64,000 nt of DNA, taken from NCBI GenBank assembly GCA_951406725.2, contig CATOCA020000001.1, positions 2,728,001 to 2,792,000 on the forward strand. The letters run 5' to 3'. Origin of the DNA: Octopus vulgaris. Taxonomy: Eukaryota. Within the stretch, counting starts at the first letter, position 1. The number at the start of each line of letters is the position of its first letter. Below are positions 1 through 17,942 of this stretch, one piece after another. The notes below the pieces were generated by a model. The model saw only the letters and a program-made list of their open reading frames with translations. It ran no database searches and had not been told where the DNA came from. The position numbers were made by a program, and so were the translations under genes.

Positions 1-295
1 CGGGTTCGGTCCTACTGCGTGGCACCTTGTGCAAGTGTCTTCTACTATAGCCTCGGGCCGACCAAAGCCTTGTGAGTGAATAAAGTAGACGGAAACTGAA
101 AGAAGCCCGTCGTATATATATGTATATGTATAGGCGTAGTAGTGGTTGTGTTGTAAGTAGCTTGCTTACCAACCACATGGTTCCGGGTTCAGTCCCACTG
201 CGTGGCACCTTGGGCAAGTGTCTTCTACTATAGCCTCGGGCCGACCAAAGCCTTGTGAGTGAATAAAGTAGACGGAAACTGAAAGAAGCCCGTCG

Positions 296-327
<32 letters not shown>

Positions 328-873
328 GGTGTAGGAGTGGCTGTGTGGTAAGTAGCTTGCTTACCAACAACATGGTTCCGGGTTCGGTCCTACTGCGTGG
401 CACCTTGTGCAAGTGTCTTCTACTATAGCCTCGGGCCGACCAAAGCCTTGTGAGTGAATAAAGTAGACGGAAACTGAAAGAAGCCCGTCGTACATATATA
501 TATGTATATATATATATATATGGATAGGCGTAGTAGTGGCTGTGTGGTAAGTAGCTTGCTTACCAACCACATGGTTCTGTGTTCGGTCCTACTGCGTGGC
601 ACCTTGGGCAAGTGTCTTCTACTAAAGCCTCGGGCCGACCAAAGCCTTGTGAGTGAATAAAGTAGACGGAAACTGAAAGAAGCCCGTCGTATATATACAT
701 ATATATATATATAGGTGTAGGAGTGGCTGTGTGGTAAGCAGCTTGCTTACCAACCACATGGTTCTGCGTTCATTCCCACTGCGTGGCATCTTGGGCAAGT
801 GTCTTCCGCTATAGCCTTGGGCCGACCAAAGCCTTGTGAGTGGATTTGGTAGACGGAAACTGAAAGAAGCCCG
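1..873 (+). repeat. Head-to-tail array of 5' halves (~155 bp) of a tRNA-derived SINE (family 1), separated by (TA)n
   Basis: Repeated unit ggcgcaggagtggctgtgtggtaag...gggttcagtcccactgcg...gaaagaagcccgtcg(ta)n with A-box-like gtggctgtgtgg and B-box-like ggttcagtcc; reverse complement of the array starting at 19610. Confidence 0.9.
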
Positions 874-890
874 TCATATATATGTATAAT

Positions 891-952
<62 letters not shown>

Positions 953-1017
953 GCCATCTTCGGAAGGTTTTTCTTACGTGCCACCGGCACTCGTATCACA
1001 GCTACAATTTCCATTGA

Positions 1018-1139
1018 TATGTATGTATGAATATATGTATGTATGTATGTATGTATGAATATATGTATGAGTGTGCATTTATGTATGTATATATGTATAC
1101 ATGTATGTATGTATGTATGTATGTATGTATGTATGTATG

Positions 1140-1173
<34 letters not shown>

Positions 1174-1521
1174 TGCATGTATGTATGTATGTATGCATGT
1201 ATGTATGTATGTATGTATGTATATATGTATACATGTATGTGTGTTTATATGTATGCATGTATGTATGCATAAATGCATGCATGCATGCATGTATGTATGT
1301 ATGTATGTATGTATATCTATGTATGTATGTATATGTATATGAGTGTGTATGTATGTATGTATGTATGTATCTATGTATGTTTGTATGTATGCATGCATGT
1401 ATGCATGTATCAAGTATGTATGTATGCATGTATGTATGTATGCATGTATGTATGTATGTATGTTGTATGTATGTATGTATGTATGTATGTATGTATGTAT
1501 GTATGTATGTATGTATGCATG

Positions 1522-1553
<32 letters not shown>

Positions 1554-1555
1554 TG

Positions 1556-1617
<62 letters not shown>

Positions 1618-1748
1618 TGTATGTATGTATGTATGTATGTATGTATGTATGTATGTATGTATGTATGTATGTATCTATGTATGTATGCATGCATTTTTGT
1701 ATGTATGAGTGTGTATGTATGTATGAGTGTGTATGTATGTATGTATGT
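1018..1748. repeat. (TATG)n microsatellite
   Basis: Directly visible; source of the spurious MYVC/HTYI ORFs. Confidence 0.97.
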
Positions 1749-1804
1749 AGAAATTTTACACATAGAAGACCATCAATGTGCATTTGTGTGTGTAAGGAAC
1801 TGAC

Positions 1805-1882
1805 CTGACAAATGGAGGGAATCCACAAAGTAAAATATATGTTATGACCCCTGCAGCCCAGACGTCCACTTTTAGGCCATAC
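1805..1882 (-). pseudogene. DCLK: Inverted duplicate of the DCLK-like exon [25 protein letters not shown] (probable haplotypic/assembly duplicate)
   Basis: Reverse complement of 17943-18020, including the AG acceptor and GTCAGT donor; flanks differ by a few SNPs. Confidence 0.75.
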
Positions 1883-2139
1883 CTGGAGGAAAAAGAAAAG
1901 GTTTCGCTTTTATTTTTGTTTTTTAATGTACCAACAACGAATAAATATAAATTTATTTGTGGAGAAAACTTCGAACTAAATTTACAAGAAACAGTGTCTT
2001 TTCAGGTTAAAGGGAGAACACCGAGAAAATAATTCCTTACGACATTCAGTTATGTCCCTTTATTTTCAAAATTGAAATTTTATCAGAATCCATTTAACAA
2101 GAAAAAAGTTTGGGTTTATTTTTGGTTTTTAATGTACCA

Positions 2140-2301
2140 GGCGCAGGAGTGGCTGTGTGGTAAGTAGCTTGTTTACGAACCAGATGGTTCCGGGTTCAGT
2201 CCCACTGCGTGGCATCTTGGGCAAGTGTCTTCTGCTATAGCCCCGGGCCGACCAAAGCCTTGTGAGTGGATTTGGTAGACGGAAACTGAAAGAAGCCTGT
2301 C

Positions 2302-2337
<36 letters not shown>

Positions 2338-2502
2338 AGGAGTGGCTGTGTGGTAAGTAGCTTGCTTACCAACCACATGGTTCCGGGTTCAGTCCCACTG
2401 CGTGGCACCTTGGGCAAGTGTCTTCTACTATAGCCCGGGCCGACCAATGCCTTGTGAGTGGATTTGGTAGACGGAAACTGAAAGAAGCCTGTCGTATATA
2501 TG

Positions 2503-2560
<58 letters not shown>

Positions 2561-3300
2561 CGCAGGAGTGGCTGTATGGTAAGTAGCTTGCTTAACAACC
2601 ACATGGTTCCCGGGTCAGTCCCACTGCGTGGCACCTTGGGCAAGTGTCTTCTACTATAGCCCCGGACCGACCAATGCCTTGTGAGGGGATTTGGTAGACG
2701 GAAACTGAAAGAAGCCCGTCGTATATATGTATATATGTATATATAGGTGCAGGAGTGGCTGTGTGGTAAGTAGCTTGCTAACCAACCACATGGTTCCGGG
2801 TTCAGTCCCACTGCGTGGCATCTTGGGCAAGTGTCTTCTACTATAGCCCCGGGCTGACCAATGCCTTGTGAGTGGATTTGGTAGACGGAAACTGAAAGAA
2901 GCCTGTCGTATATATGTATATATATATATATGTATATATATATAGGCGCAGGAGTGGCTGTGTGGTATGTAGCTTGCTTACCAACTACATGGTTCGGGTT
3001 CAGTCCCACTGCGTGGCAACTTGGGCAAGAGTCTTCTACTATAGCCCCGGGCCGACCAATGCCTTGTGAGGGATTTGGTAGACGGAAACTGAAAAAGCCC
3101 GTCGTATATATGTATATATGTATATATAGGTGCAGGAGTGGCTGTGTGGTAAGTAACTTGCTAACCAACCACATAGTTCCGGGTTTCAGTCCCAATGCGT
3201 GGCGTCTTGGGCAAGTGTCTTCTACTATAGCCCCGGGCCAAACCAATACCTTGTGAGTGGATTTGGTAGACGGAAACTGAAAGAAGCCTGTCGTATATAT
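2140..3300 (+). repeat. SINE family 1 head array with (TA)n spacers
   Basis: Same unit; the ccaatgcc variant mirrors the 14300-17686 array. Confidence 0.9.
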
Positions 3301-5125
3301 GTATATATATATATATGTGTGTATATGTATGTATGTATGTATGTAATAAAGTATGTATGTATGAAATGTATATGTATGTATGTACATATATATGCATATG
3401 TATATATGTATGCGTATGTATGGCTATGTGGTATGTATGCATGTTGTATGTACCATGTATGTATGTATGTATGCATGTCCCACTGTGGCACCATGTATGT
3501 ATGTATGTACTAAATGTATGCATATATGTGAGTGTGTATATATGTATGTATGTATATATGAAAGGATGCATGTATGTATATACATATGTATATATATAGT
3601 TATCAGTAATAATATATATGTATGTATGTGAAATGTATGTAATTTGGAATAATGTATAATGTACATAAGTATGTATTTCGGCATGTATAAAGCATTCGCA
3701 TGTATGTATGTATATACTAAGTAATGTATGTATGTATGCAACGATGTATTGCCTCACCAATGTATGTATGTAAATAGTATGTCAAATGTATGTATAGCTA
3801 TGTCCTTCTACTGTATGTATGTATGTATGGTGTATGTATTTGTATGTATGTATGTATGTGTATGTATGTATGTATCTCTTTGTACTGTATGTATTCTAAA
3901 TTCGGTGTGTATAGTGAGGCAATTCGTATGTATATACCCTTAATGTATGTAGTATTTATGTATTTTCCTCGAATGGGGCTTTTATGCATGCCGAAATCTA
4001 CTTGGTGTATGTATGTATACACAAATATATGTATGTGTCACCCTTTTATTATTACTGATAACCCAGTATTTCTATCACAGTAAATGTATGCATGCATTTG
4101 TCTTGGCCTATGACGTGTGTATGTTTATGTATGGAAGGGGGCTGTATGTGACACAAACTTTCATTCAAATGTTTGAATTTCGTGGTACTGGTCATGCTTT
4201 GGCTCGCTCTGACACTGAGTTGAGATAATGCCTTCTAGTATCTCAAAATTTAATATACAATTATGTCATATGACCAATAATCCTGCCTGGAGAAAAGTTT
4301 TGGGTAGTAGTATTTTCTAATTCTGTATGCTCTTAAGAAACAGTACTGAATTTCGAAACGTACGTCCGTAGGTAACTTAAAATTGTATGATAGATTGCCG
4401 TCATTTCATTCTTTCAGTTATGTCCCTGTCTATGTTTGCCTTTCAAAGTGCTGTGTTTTTATCAGAATCCCCCTTTTAACAAGGAATAGCTATATCTCTT
4501 TGACTGCTATTTCTAAATTCGGTGTGTTGGTTGTTTAGCAATTCGTTTGCGACATAAATTTCATATATGCATATATATATAGGTGTAGGAGTGGCTGTGA
4601 GGTAAGTAGCTTGCTTACTAACCACATGGTTCCGGGTTCGGTCCACTGCGTGGCACCTAGGGTAAGAAGTGTCTTCTCCTATAGCCTCGGGCCGACAAAG
4701 CCTTGTTAGAGAATAAAGTAGACGGAAACTGAAAGAAGCCTGTCGTACTATATATATATATATATATATATAGGCGTAGTAGTGGCTGTGTGGTAAGTTC
4801 GGCTTGCTAACCAACCACGTAGTCCTACGTTCAGGTACTGCGTGACACCTTGGGCAAGTGTCTTCTACTAAATGCCTCAAGCCGACCAAAGCCTTGTGAG
4901 TGAATAAAGTAGACGGAAACTGAAAGAAAGCCCGTCGTATATATATATATATATATATAGGCGCAGGAGTGGCTGTGTGGTAAGTAGCTTGCTTACCAAC
5001 CACATGGTTCTGGGTTCGATCCCACTGCGTGGCACCTTGGGGCAAGTGTCTTCTATACTAAAGCCTCAGACCCGACCAAAGCCTTGTGAGTGAATTTGGT
5101 AGACGGAAACTGAAAGAAGCCTGTC

Positions 5126-5170
<45 letters not shown>

Positions 5171-5744
5171 CGCAGGAGTGGCTGTGTGGTAAGTAGCTTG
5201 CTTACCAACCACATGGTTCGGGTTCAGTCCCACTGCGTGGCACCTTGGGGCAAGTGTCTTCTACTATAGCCTCGGGCCGACCAAAGCCTTGTGAGTGGAT
5301 AAGGTAGACGGAAACTGAAAGAAGCCCGTCGTATATATATATATATATATATATAGGCGCAGGAGTGGCTGTGTGGTAAGTAGCTTGCTTACCAACCACA
5401 TGGTTCCGGGTTCAGTCCCACTGCGTGGCATCTTGGGGCAAGTGTCTTCTACTATAGCCTCGGGCCGACCAAAGCCTTGTGAGTGGATAAAGTAGACGGA
5501 AACTGAAAGAAGCCCAGTAAATCATATATATATATATATATATATAGGCGCAGGAGTGGCTGTGTGGTAAGTAGCTTGCTTACCAACCATGGTTCATGGG
5601 TTCGGTCCCACTGCGTGGCATCTTGGGCAAGTGTCTTCTACTATAGCCCCCGGGCCGACCAAATGCCTTGTGAGTGAATTTGGTAGACGGAAACTGAAAG
5701 AAGCCCGTCGTATATATATATATAAATGTATATATATATATATA

Positions 5745-5781
<37 letters not shown>

Positions 5782-5954
5782 CTTTGTAGGAGTGGCTGTG
5801 TGGTAAGTAGCTTGCTAACCAACCACATGGTTCTGCGTTCAGTCCCACTGCGTGGCACCTTGGGCAAGTGTCTTCTGCTATAGCCTTCGGGCCGACCAAT
5901 AGCCTTGTGAGTGGATTTGGGTAGACGGAAACTGAAAGAAGCCCGTCATATATA

Positions 5955-6049
<95 letters not shown>

Positions 6050-6171
6050 TGTTCCGGAAGTCCAGCTTGTGCACCGGCACTCGTATCGGCCTACAATTTC
6101 CATTGATATGTATGTATGATGTATGTATGTATGTATGTATGTATGTATGTATGCATGTATGTATGTATGTG

Positions 6172-6203
<32 letters not shown>

Positions 6204-6469
6204 TGTATGTATGTATGTATGAACAATGTATGTAGGTGTCGTATATATGTATATATATATATATACGTATGTATGTATGTATGTGTATGTACCATATGTA
6301 ACCATGTATGTATGTATGTATGTATGTATGTATGTCCCCAGTATGTAGATGTGGCAATATGTCTTCTGCTATATAGCAACCAATGCCTATGTATGAGTGG
6401 ATTTGTACGTATGTATGTATGTATGTATGCATGTATGTATGTATGTATGTATGTATGTATGTATGTATG

Positions 6470-6503
<34 letters not shown>

Positions 6504-6883
6504 TGGCGCAGGTATGTATGTATGTATGTATGTATGTATGTGCAGTACCAAGTATGTTCGTATATGTGGCATCTTGTATGTATGTATGCTATGTATGCCT
6601 TATGTATGTATGTATGTACGGAAACTGTATGTATGTCGTATATATGTATGTATGTATGTATGTATATGTATGTATGTATGTATGTAAGTATGCTGTGTAT
6701 GTATGTATGTATATGTATGGTTCCTGGTTCAGTCCCACTGCGTGGCATGTATGTATGTATGTATGTATGAATGTATGTAGGTGTGTACTGGATATGTATG
6801 TATGGTATGTATGTATGTCGTATGTATGTACATATGTACGTATGTAGATATATGTCCGAATGCTATGTATGTATGTATGTATG

Positions 6884-6916
<33 letters not shown>

Positions 6917-7051
6917 GTATTTGTATGGTATGTATGTATGTATGTATCCAGTGCAGTGCATGCGACATGGGAATGTGTCTTCTTTATCTATGTATGTATG
7001 TATGTATGTGAGTGCATTATGGTATATGAAACTGTAAAGAAGCCTGTCGTA

Positions 7052-7094
<43 letters not shown>

Positions 7095-7461
7095 GTATAG
7101 GCGCAGGGTATGGCCTGTGGCTAAGTAGCTATGCTTATGTATGTACATATGTATGTATGTATGCATGTATGTATGTACCTGTATGTATGTCTTGTATGTA
7201 TGTATGTATGTAGCCTGCATGCCTATGTGAGTGGATTTGGTAGACGGAAACTGAAAAGCCTGTCGTATATATGTATAGGCGTATGTATGTATATATGTAT
7301 GCATGCTGTATGTATGCACCGATGTAAGTAGCGTAGTGCAACCTGTATATATGTATGTATGTATGTCCCACTATGTATGTATGTATGTATGTACTTTTGT
7401 ATAGTATAAATTGACACCATGCTTCGTATGTATGTATACGGTATGTATGTATGCCCGTATG

Positions 7462-7492
<31 letters not shown>

Positions 7493-8124
7493 GTATGTAT
7501 ATATGCATAGTATATGTCATCTATGTATATATATATATATAGCGCGTATGAGTGTCGTATGTATGTATGTATGTAGAAATTTTACCTTGTAAGTAATGTG
7601 CATTGTGTGTGTGTAAGGGAACTGCCAACAAATGGAGGAATCACAACAAAGTAAAATATATGTTAAGCCTGCAGCCCAGACGTCCACTTTTAAGTGGCAC
7701 CTTTGGAGGAAAAAGAAAAGTGTCTTCGCTTTTATTTTTGTTTTTATATATAACAACGATAAATATAAATTTTATTTGGGAGTACTCGAACTAAATGCCT
7801 TGTGACCCAGGGTCTTTTCAGGTTAAAAGGAGACGGATTCACTGACATTCAGTTATGTCCCTAGCAAGCCCGTTATATATATATATATAAATTTTATAGA
7901 ATCCATATATATACAAGAAAAAAAGTATATATATATATATATATATATAATGAGGCACAGGAGTGGCTGTGTGGTAAGTAGCTTGTTTACGAACCACATG
8001 GTTCTGCCCAGGTTCAGTCCCACTGCGTGGCATCCTAGGCAAGTGTCTTCTGCTATAGCCCCGGGCCGACCAATGCCTTGTGAGTGGATTTGGTAGACGG
8101 AAACTGAAAGAAGCCTGTCAAGTA

Positions 8125-8162
<38 letters not shown>

Positions 8163-8706
8163 GCGTGTGTAGTGGCTGTGTGGTAAGTAGCTTGCTAACC
8201 AACCACATGGTTCCGGGTTCAGTCCCACTGCGTGGCATCTTGGGCAAGTATCTTCTCTGCTATAGCCCCGGGCCAACCAATGTGCCTTGTGAGACACTGG
8301 ATTTGGTAGACGGAAGCTGAAAGAAGCCTGTCGTATATATGTATATATATATATATATGGTGTAGGAGTGGCTGTGTTGGTAACACCAACCAACCATTGT
8401 TCATTTCGGTCCTGCTGACTTCTTCGGCAAGTGTCTTCTCACTATAGCTCTGGGCCGACCAGAATGCCTTGTGAGTGGATTTGGTAGACGGAAACTGAAA
8501 GAAAGACCGTCGTATATAAATGGAGGCTATATGTATATATAGGTGCAACAGTGGCTGTGTGGTAAGATGTTACCAAGGAAAGCTGGTTCTTGGTTCAAGG
8601 TCCCACTGCATCTACTTGGGTAAATGTCTTCTGCTATAGCCAAAAAAACTTCCGGGCCGACCAATCCCTTTATTTTAGACGGAAATTGAACCGTCGTATA
8701 TATCAG

Positions 8707-8744
<38 letters not shown>

Positions 8745-10355
8745 TGACGGAGTGGCTGTGTGGTATTAGCATGCAAGATGAACCAGATGGCTTACTTGTT
8801 TCAGTCATTTGACTGCGGCTTGGAGCACCGCCTTTTTAGTCGAGCAAATCGACCCCGGGACTTATTCTGCCCAGTGGCCCGACCCATCTAGGTGTTGGTA
8901 AGCACGGCAACACATCGCACCTTCCCTCGATATCGAACCCGCAATTATACGACGAGTGGCTTGCTGTGGTAAGCTAGGCCATTGCTTACTAAATCAAACC
9001 ACATGGATTTCACACATGCCGTGCCTATATATATAGGGCACATATACTATAGGCCCAAGGGGCCGAAACCAGTCCAGGGGCCCCGGAACCACGGTTTGGT
9101 CGATGCAGGATGAAAGAGTGCCAGGTCGAATAGTAGTAGCATATATAAGGTGCACGAATAGGGCTTCTCGGAACCATGGTTGGTAGGTTAAATCCTTACT
9201 AACCACATGGTTGACGGACCCCTGCGTCCCACCTAGGCAAGGTCTTTACTTCTTTCAGCTATTTGACTCCGGCCATGCTGGAGCACCGCCTTTAGTCGAG
9301 CAAATCGACCCCAGGACTTACCTTCTTAAGCCTTCTACTATATACGTGGTGTCTTTTGCTGAACCACTAAGTTACGGGTCGTAAACACACCAATGGTTAC
9401 ATCCAAGTTCTGACACCCACCCCCTTCGCCTATATACATATAAGGCGGCGAGCCCAAATGTTGTGGTTAGCACTCCGGGCAAGAGTAAGAAGCCTTCGTA
9501 TATATATCTGTCGTTACGTTTATATATATATACATATATCCGCCGAGGTCAACTTCTGTTCAGTTTCTACCAGGGGTCGATAAATTAAGTACCAGTTACG
9601 CACTGGTGTCGATGTAAGTAGCGACTAACTTATCCAGCTGTCCTTGTTTGTCCCCTCTATGTCTAGCCCCTTGTGGCCTGTAATAAAGAAATCTGGTTGT
9701 CAAGCGATGTTGGGGGGGACAAACACAGACACTGAACATATACGTATACATATATATACGACGGGCTTCTTTCAGTTTCCGTCTACCAAACTCACAAGGC
9801 GTTGGTTCACGGGTTAATATTGCGTCAGAAGACACTTGCCCGAGATGTCTTCACGCTAGTAGCCCGGGACACCAATGAACCCGACCCATGTGGTTGGTAG
9901 ACGAAGACATCATTGAATACCACACAGCCACTACGTATGTCTATATACATATATACGACGTGGCTTCTTTCAGTTTCCGTCTACTATCCACTCACAAGGT
10001 TCCGGGTTCAGTCCCACTGCGTAAATAGGCACCTTGCAAGGTGTCTTCTGCAGTGGGACTGAGCCGGAACCCACGTGAGCTGGTAAGAAACTGAAAGAAG
10101 CCTGTCGTATATATATATATATATATAAACTATATATATGTTTTTAGGGCTCCAGAGTGGTCTGATATGGCAGTATCTTACATGGATAGTTCTAATGTTC
10201 AGTCCCAATTGCTTGGGACACCTGCGAAAATGTACCTTCTATATAGCCGAGGACTGGAACCACAAAATGTGAGTCCATGCTAGGATAGACGTCAAATCGC
10301 CATTCACTCAAAAGATTATGACTTATATATATTTAATATGAAGCCTTGATAGCAC

Positions 10356-10422
<67 letters not shown>

Positions 10423-11200
10423 TGTTGGGTGGGTGAATTAGACACGAACCGAGGTAAGCACTGCTGCATCTTACACCTGCATGGACCGTTATACGCCAAC
10501 CTATAGTTGAGTGAATAGACTTGGTTGAGCCGTGCGTGTCGGGTATATACGTATATATGTAATACTGTATATGCATGGCATGGCCATGTGTTTGTCCCCT
10601 AGTCAACAAATTACATTACACACACCGGACCTTGTGTACTCCACTGTCACACTGCACGGCACACAGAAGGACCGAACTGGCAGTACTACATTTCCAGCAA
10701 ATTCACATTTGCCTCACTACAACTGCTGCAGCCACATGCTCACAAATTAACAGCACAGTAAATAGATTAGTACAATGGAGTACACTATACGCCAGTGACA
10801 CGACACTACACACAGAGGTGGTCCGATGTTGAGTTTGATGACGAACAAAACTTCCTTGTGGTGAACGTTCCATTATATCCCATATCAAGGTATATGAACT
10901 ATTTATTTCGCCACAATACTTTCATCTATATATATATATATATATACAGACTACACTCTGGAGTTATGGTTAGGAATCATCCAGATTTAGCTGCCAGATC
11001 AGGTGGGGAACTGGATAAGCCGGGGAGTGGGAAACCGCCTTTGTGCCTAGTCATGCTTGAAAACCGACCACGATGGCCGGGTTCAGGTCCCATGTGCTGT
11101 ATTGTAGACATGTCTTCTTGAATCGCGAGGGATCCAGCTGTAGACCAGACCAGCATGTGTATTTGGTAGATCTCTCAAAACTAAGAAACACGTATACATG

Positions 11201-11234
<34 letters not shown>

Positions 11235-11600
11235 CACTATTCTTTCACTCTTTCCGTCCTGCATCTTGCACTGGCTCATAAGGCATAGCTTCGGTCCGTT
11301 AAACACTATGCACCCTTCCAGGTTCCCCAAACCTGGGGACCTGGAAAACCAGAAAAATGCAGTAAAGCAAGTACTTGGCTCGTAAAAGTCCTCTGTGGTT
11401 TGCTTGTAAACACTTCTGGTTAGCCTTGGGCCGTACGCTTCAAAGCCTTGTGGTCGGATTTTAAGACCAGGCTTACACATCTTTGGAAAGAAGCCTGTCT
11501 ATATGATGATGTCATAGTTCTCTGAACCCAGCATGGGCTGTAGGAGTGATGACGACTCAGCTCGGTTGCCCAAGTCACGATTACGATGCCATATAATTAT
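3300..11600. other. Garbled low-quality consensus; largely an inverted mirror of ~12700-22400
   Basis: SINE, (TATG)n and unique motifs interleave over a few bases; 4080-4420 mirrors 21650-22000, 7560-7960 mirrors 17690-18080, 8790-9960 mirrors 12780-13870. Confidence 0.8.
7625..7702 (-). pseudogene. DCLK: Third, corrupted copy of the DCLK-like exon ([16 protein letters not shown])
   Basis: ORF 7517-7756(-) contains [16 protein letters not shown]; indels relative to 17943-18020; lies in the garbled block. Confidence 0.65.
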
Positions 11601-11679
11601 GATTAGGCAGCGAGCAATGCAGAATGGTTAGCACGCCGGGCGAAATGCGTAGCCGCATTTCGTCTGCCAGTTTAAGTGT

Positions 11680-12030
11680 CGGAAGTTCGCCATTACCTTC
11701 TGCCGGAGCCACGTGGAAGCTTAGGTGTTTTCGCTCATAAATACACACATCGCCCGGTCTGAGATTCGAACCCGCGATCCCTCGACCGCGAGTTCACTGC
11801 TCTAACCACTAGGCCATGTGCCTCCATTTATATATATATTGTTTGTTTGTTCCTTCTCGAGCCATCCCTGGCTCATAAGGGCCGGTTTCCCAGTTTCCTC
11901 GGCGTATAGGTTCCCCACCTGGACGGGACGCCAGTCCATCGCAGGTGAGCTGCAAGATGCAGGAGGAAAGAGTGAGAGAAAGATGTGGCGAAAGAGTCTG
12001 CAGAAGTTCGCCATTACCTTCTGCCGGAGC
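11680..12030 (-). mobile_element. tRNA-derived SINE (family 3) pieces with V/Meta-type core
   Basis: Minus strand head ggaggcacatggcctagtggttagagc...gggttcgaatc (A/B boxes) and core cctgcgatggactggcgtcccgtccagg. Confidence 0.7.
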
Positions 12031-12094
12031 CACTATTACTTAGTTCAAACATACGTATATAGACACACATCAACCAAGTCACATCAACCATAGG

Positions 12095-13025
12095 GGTAGG
12101 AGTGGCTGTGTGGTAAGTAGCTTGCTTACCAGCCACGTGGTTCCGGGTTCAATCCCACTGTATGGCACCTTGGGCAATTGTCTTCTACTATAGCCTCGGG
12201 CCGACCAAAGCCTTGTGAGTGGATTTAGTTGACGGAAACTGAAAGAAGCCCGTCGTATAAATGTATATAGGCATAGGAGTGGCTGTGTGGTAAGTAGCTT
12301 GCTTACCAGCCACGTGGTTCCGGGTTCAGTCCCACTGCGTGGCACCTTGGGCAAGTGTCTTCTACTATAGCCTCGGGCCGACCAATGCCTTGTGAGTGGA
12401 CTTAGTAGACGGAAACTGAAAGAAGCCCGTCGTATATATGTATATAGGCATAGGAGTGGCTGTGTGGTAAGTAGCTTGCTTACCAGCCACGTGGTTCCGG
12501 GTTCAGTCCCACTGCGTGGCACCTTGGGCAAGTGTCTTCTACTATAGCGTCGGGCCGACCAAATCCTTGTGAGTGGATTTAGTAGACGGAAACTAAAAGA
12601 AGCCCGTCGTATATATGTATATAGGCACAGGAGTGGCTGTGTGGTAAGTAGATTGCTTACCAGCCACGTGGTTCCGGGTTCAGTCCCACTGCGTGGCACC
12701 TTGGGAAAGTGTCTTCTACTATAGCGTCGGGCCGACCAAATCCTTGTGAGTGGATTTAGTAGACGGAAACTGAAAGAAGCCCGTCGTATATATGTATATA
12801 GGCGTAGGAGTGGCTGTGTGGTATGTTTCTTGCTTACCAACCACATGGGTCGGGTTCAGTCCCACTGCGTGGCATCTCGGGCAAGTGTCTTCTGCTATAG
12901 CCCCGGGCCGACCAACGCCTTGTGAGTGGATTTGGTAGACGGAAACTGAAAGAAGCCCGTCGTATATATATGTATGTATATGTTTGTGTGTCTGTGTTTG
13001 TCCCCCCCAACATCGCTTGACAACC
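12095..13025 (+). repeat. SINE family 1 head array, ~178-bp period, short spacers
   Basis: About five copies; the first four share diagnostic ccagccacgtgg. Confidence 0.9.
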
Positions 13026-13257
13026 TATTTCTTTATTACCCACAAGGGGCTAAACATAGAGGGGACAAACAAGGACAGACATAGGTATTAATTCGATTAC
13101 ATCGACCCCAGTGCGTAACTGGTACTTAATTTATCGACCCCGAAAAGATGAAAGGCACAGTTGACCTCGGCGGAATTTTAACTCTAAACGTAACGACAGA
13201 CGAAATACGGCTACGCATTTCGCCCGGAGTGCTAACCTTTCTGCCAGCTCGCCGCCT
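13026..13257 (-). mobile_element. tRNA-derived SINE (family 2) with Nin/Deu-like core, nested in a family 1 SINE
   Basis: Minus strand ggcggcgagctggcagaaagg...ccgccgaggtcaac...catcttttcggggtcgataaattaagtaccag...; the family 1 3' half resumes at ~13290. Confidence 0.75.
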
Positions 13258-13466
13258 TATATGTATATAGGCGAAGGGGATGGGTGTGCTTGACAACCGA
13301 TGCTGGTGTGTTTACGATCCCGTAACTTAGTGGTTCAGCAAAAGACACCAATAGAATTAGTAGAAGGCTTACAAAGAGTAAGTCCTGGGGTCGATTTGCT
13401 CGACTAAAGGCGGTGCTCCAGCATGGCCGCAGTCAAATAACTGAAAGAAGTAAAGATTAGTCAGGT

Positions 13467-13630
13467 AGGCGCAGGAGTGGCTGTGTGGTAAGTAGCTTGT
13501 TTACCAACCGCATGGTTCCGGGTTCAGTCCCACTGCGTGGCACCTTAGGCAAGTGTCTTCTACTATAGCCTCGGGCCGACCAATGCCTTGTGAGTGGATT
13601 TGGTAGACGGAAACTGAAAGAAGCCTGTCG

Positions 13631-13663
<33 letters not shown>

Positions 13664-13871
13664 ATATGTGTTTGTGTGTCTGTGATTGTCCTCCTAGCAT
13701 TGCTTGACAACCGATGCTGGTGTGTTTACGTCACCGTAAATTAGCGGTTCGGCAAAAGAGACCGAGAGAATAAGTACTGGGCGTACAAAGAATAAGTCCC
13801 GGGGTCGATTTGCTCGACTAAAAAGGCGGTGCTCCAGCATGGCCGCAGTCAAATGACTGAAACAAGTAAAG
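13467..13871 (+). mobile_element. Full-length SINE family 1 (~400 bp)
   Basis: Head + internal (TA)/(TG) tract + 3' half ending gctccagcatggccgcagtcaaatgactgaaacaagtaaa. Confidence 0.88.
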
Positions 13872-14059
13872 ACTAAGTCAGATAACCACAAACTCTCAGC
13901 GTCTGTTTTAAACATGAAAGATGAAAGTTTTTCTGAAAAAGGTTCAATTTTGAAAATAAAGGGATATAACTGAACGTCGTAAGGAAGTTTTTTTGCTCGG
14001 TATTCTCCCTTTAACCCGAAGAGAGTCTATTTCTTGTAAATTTAGTTTCGATGTTGGTA

Positions 14060-17686
<3,627 letters not shown>

Positions 17687-17942
17687 GTACATTAAAAACC
17701 AAAAATAAAACCCAAACTTTTTTCTTGTTAAATGGATTCTGATAAAATTTCAACTTTGAAAATAAAGGGACATAACTGAATGTCGTAAGGAATTATTTTC
17801 TCGGTGTTCTCCCTTTAACCTGAAAAGACCCTGTTTCTTATAAATTTAGTTCGAAGTTTTCTCCACAAATAAATTTATATTTATTCGTTGTTGGTACATT
17901 AAAAAACAAAAATAAAAGCGAAACCTTTTCTTTTTCCTCCAG

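Noticed and set aside
10400-11500. Apparently unique sequence that might hide an upstream DCLK exon (TLCTLPGSP near 11303)
   Set aside because: Lies in the garbled block; no convincing DFG/APE motif or splice sites
11750-11825. Possible tRNA gene on the minus strand
   Set aside because: A/B boxes are present, but there is no proper acceptor stem and it runs into a SINE body
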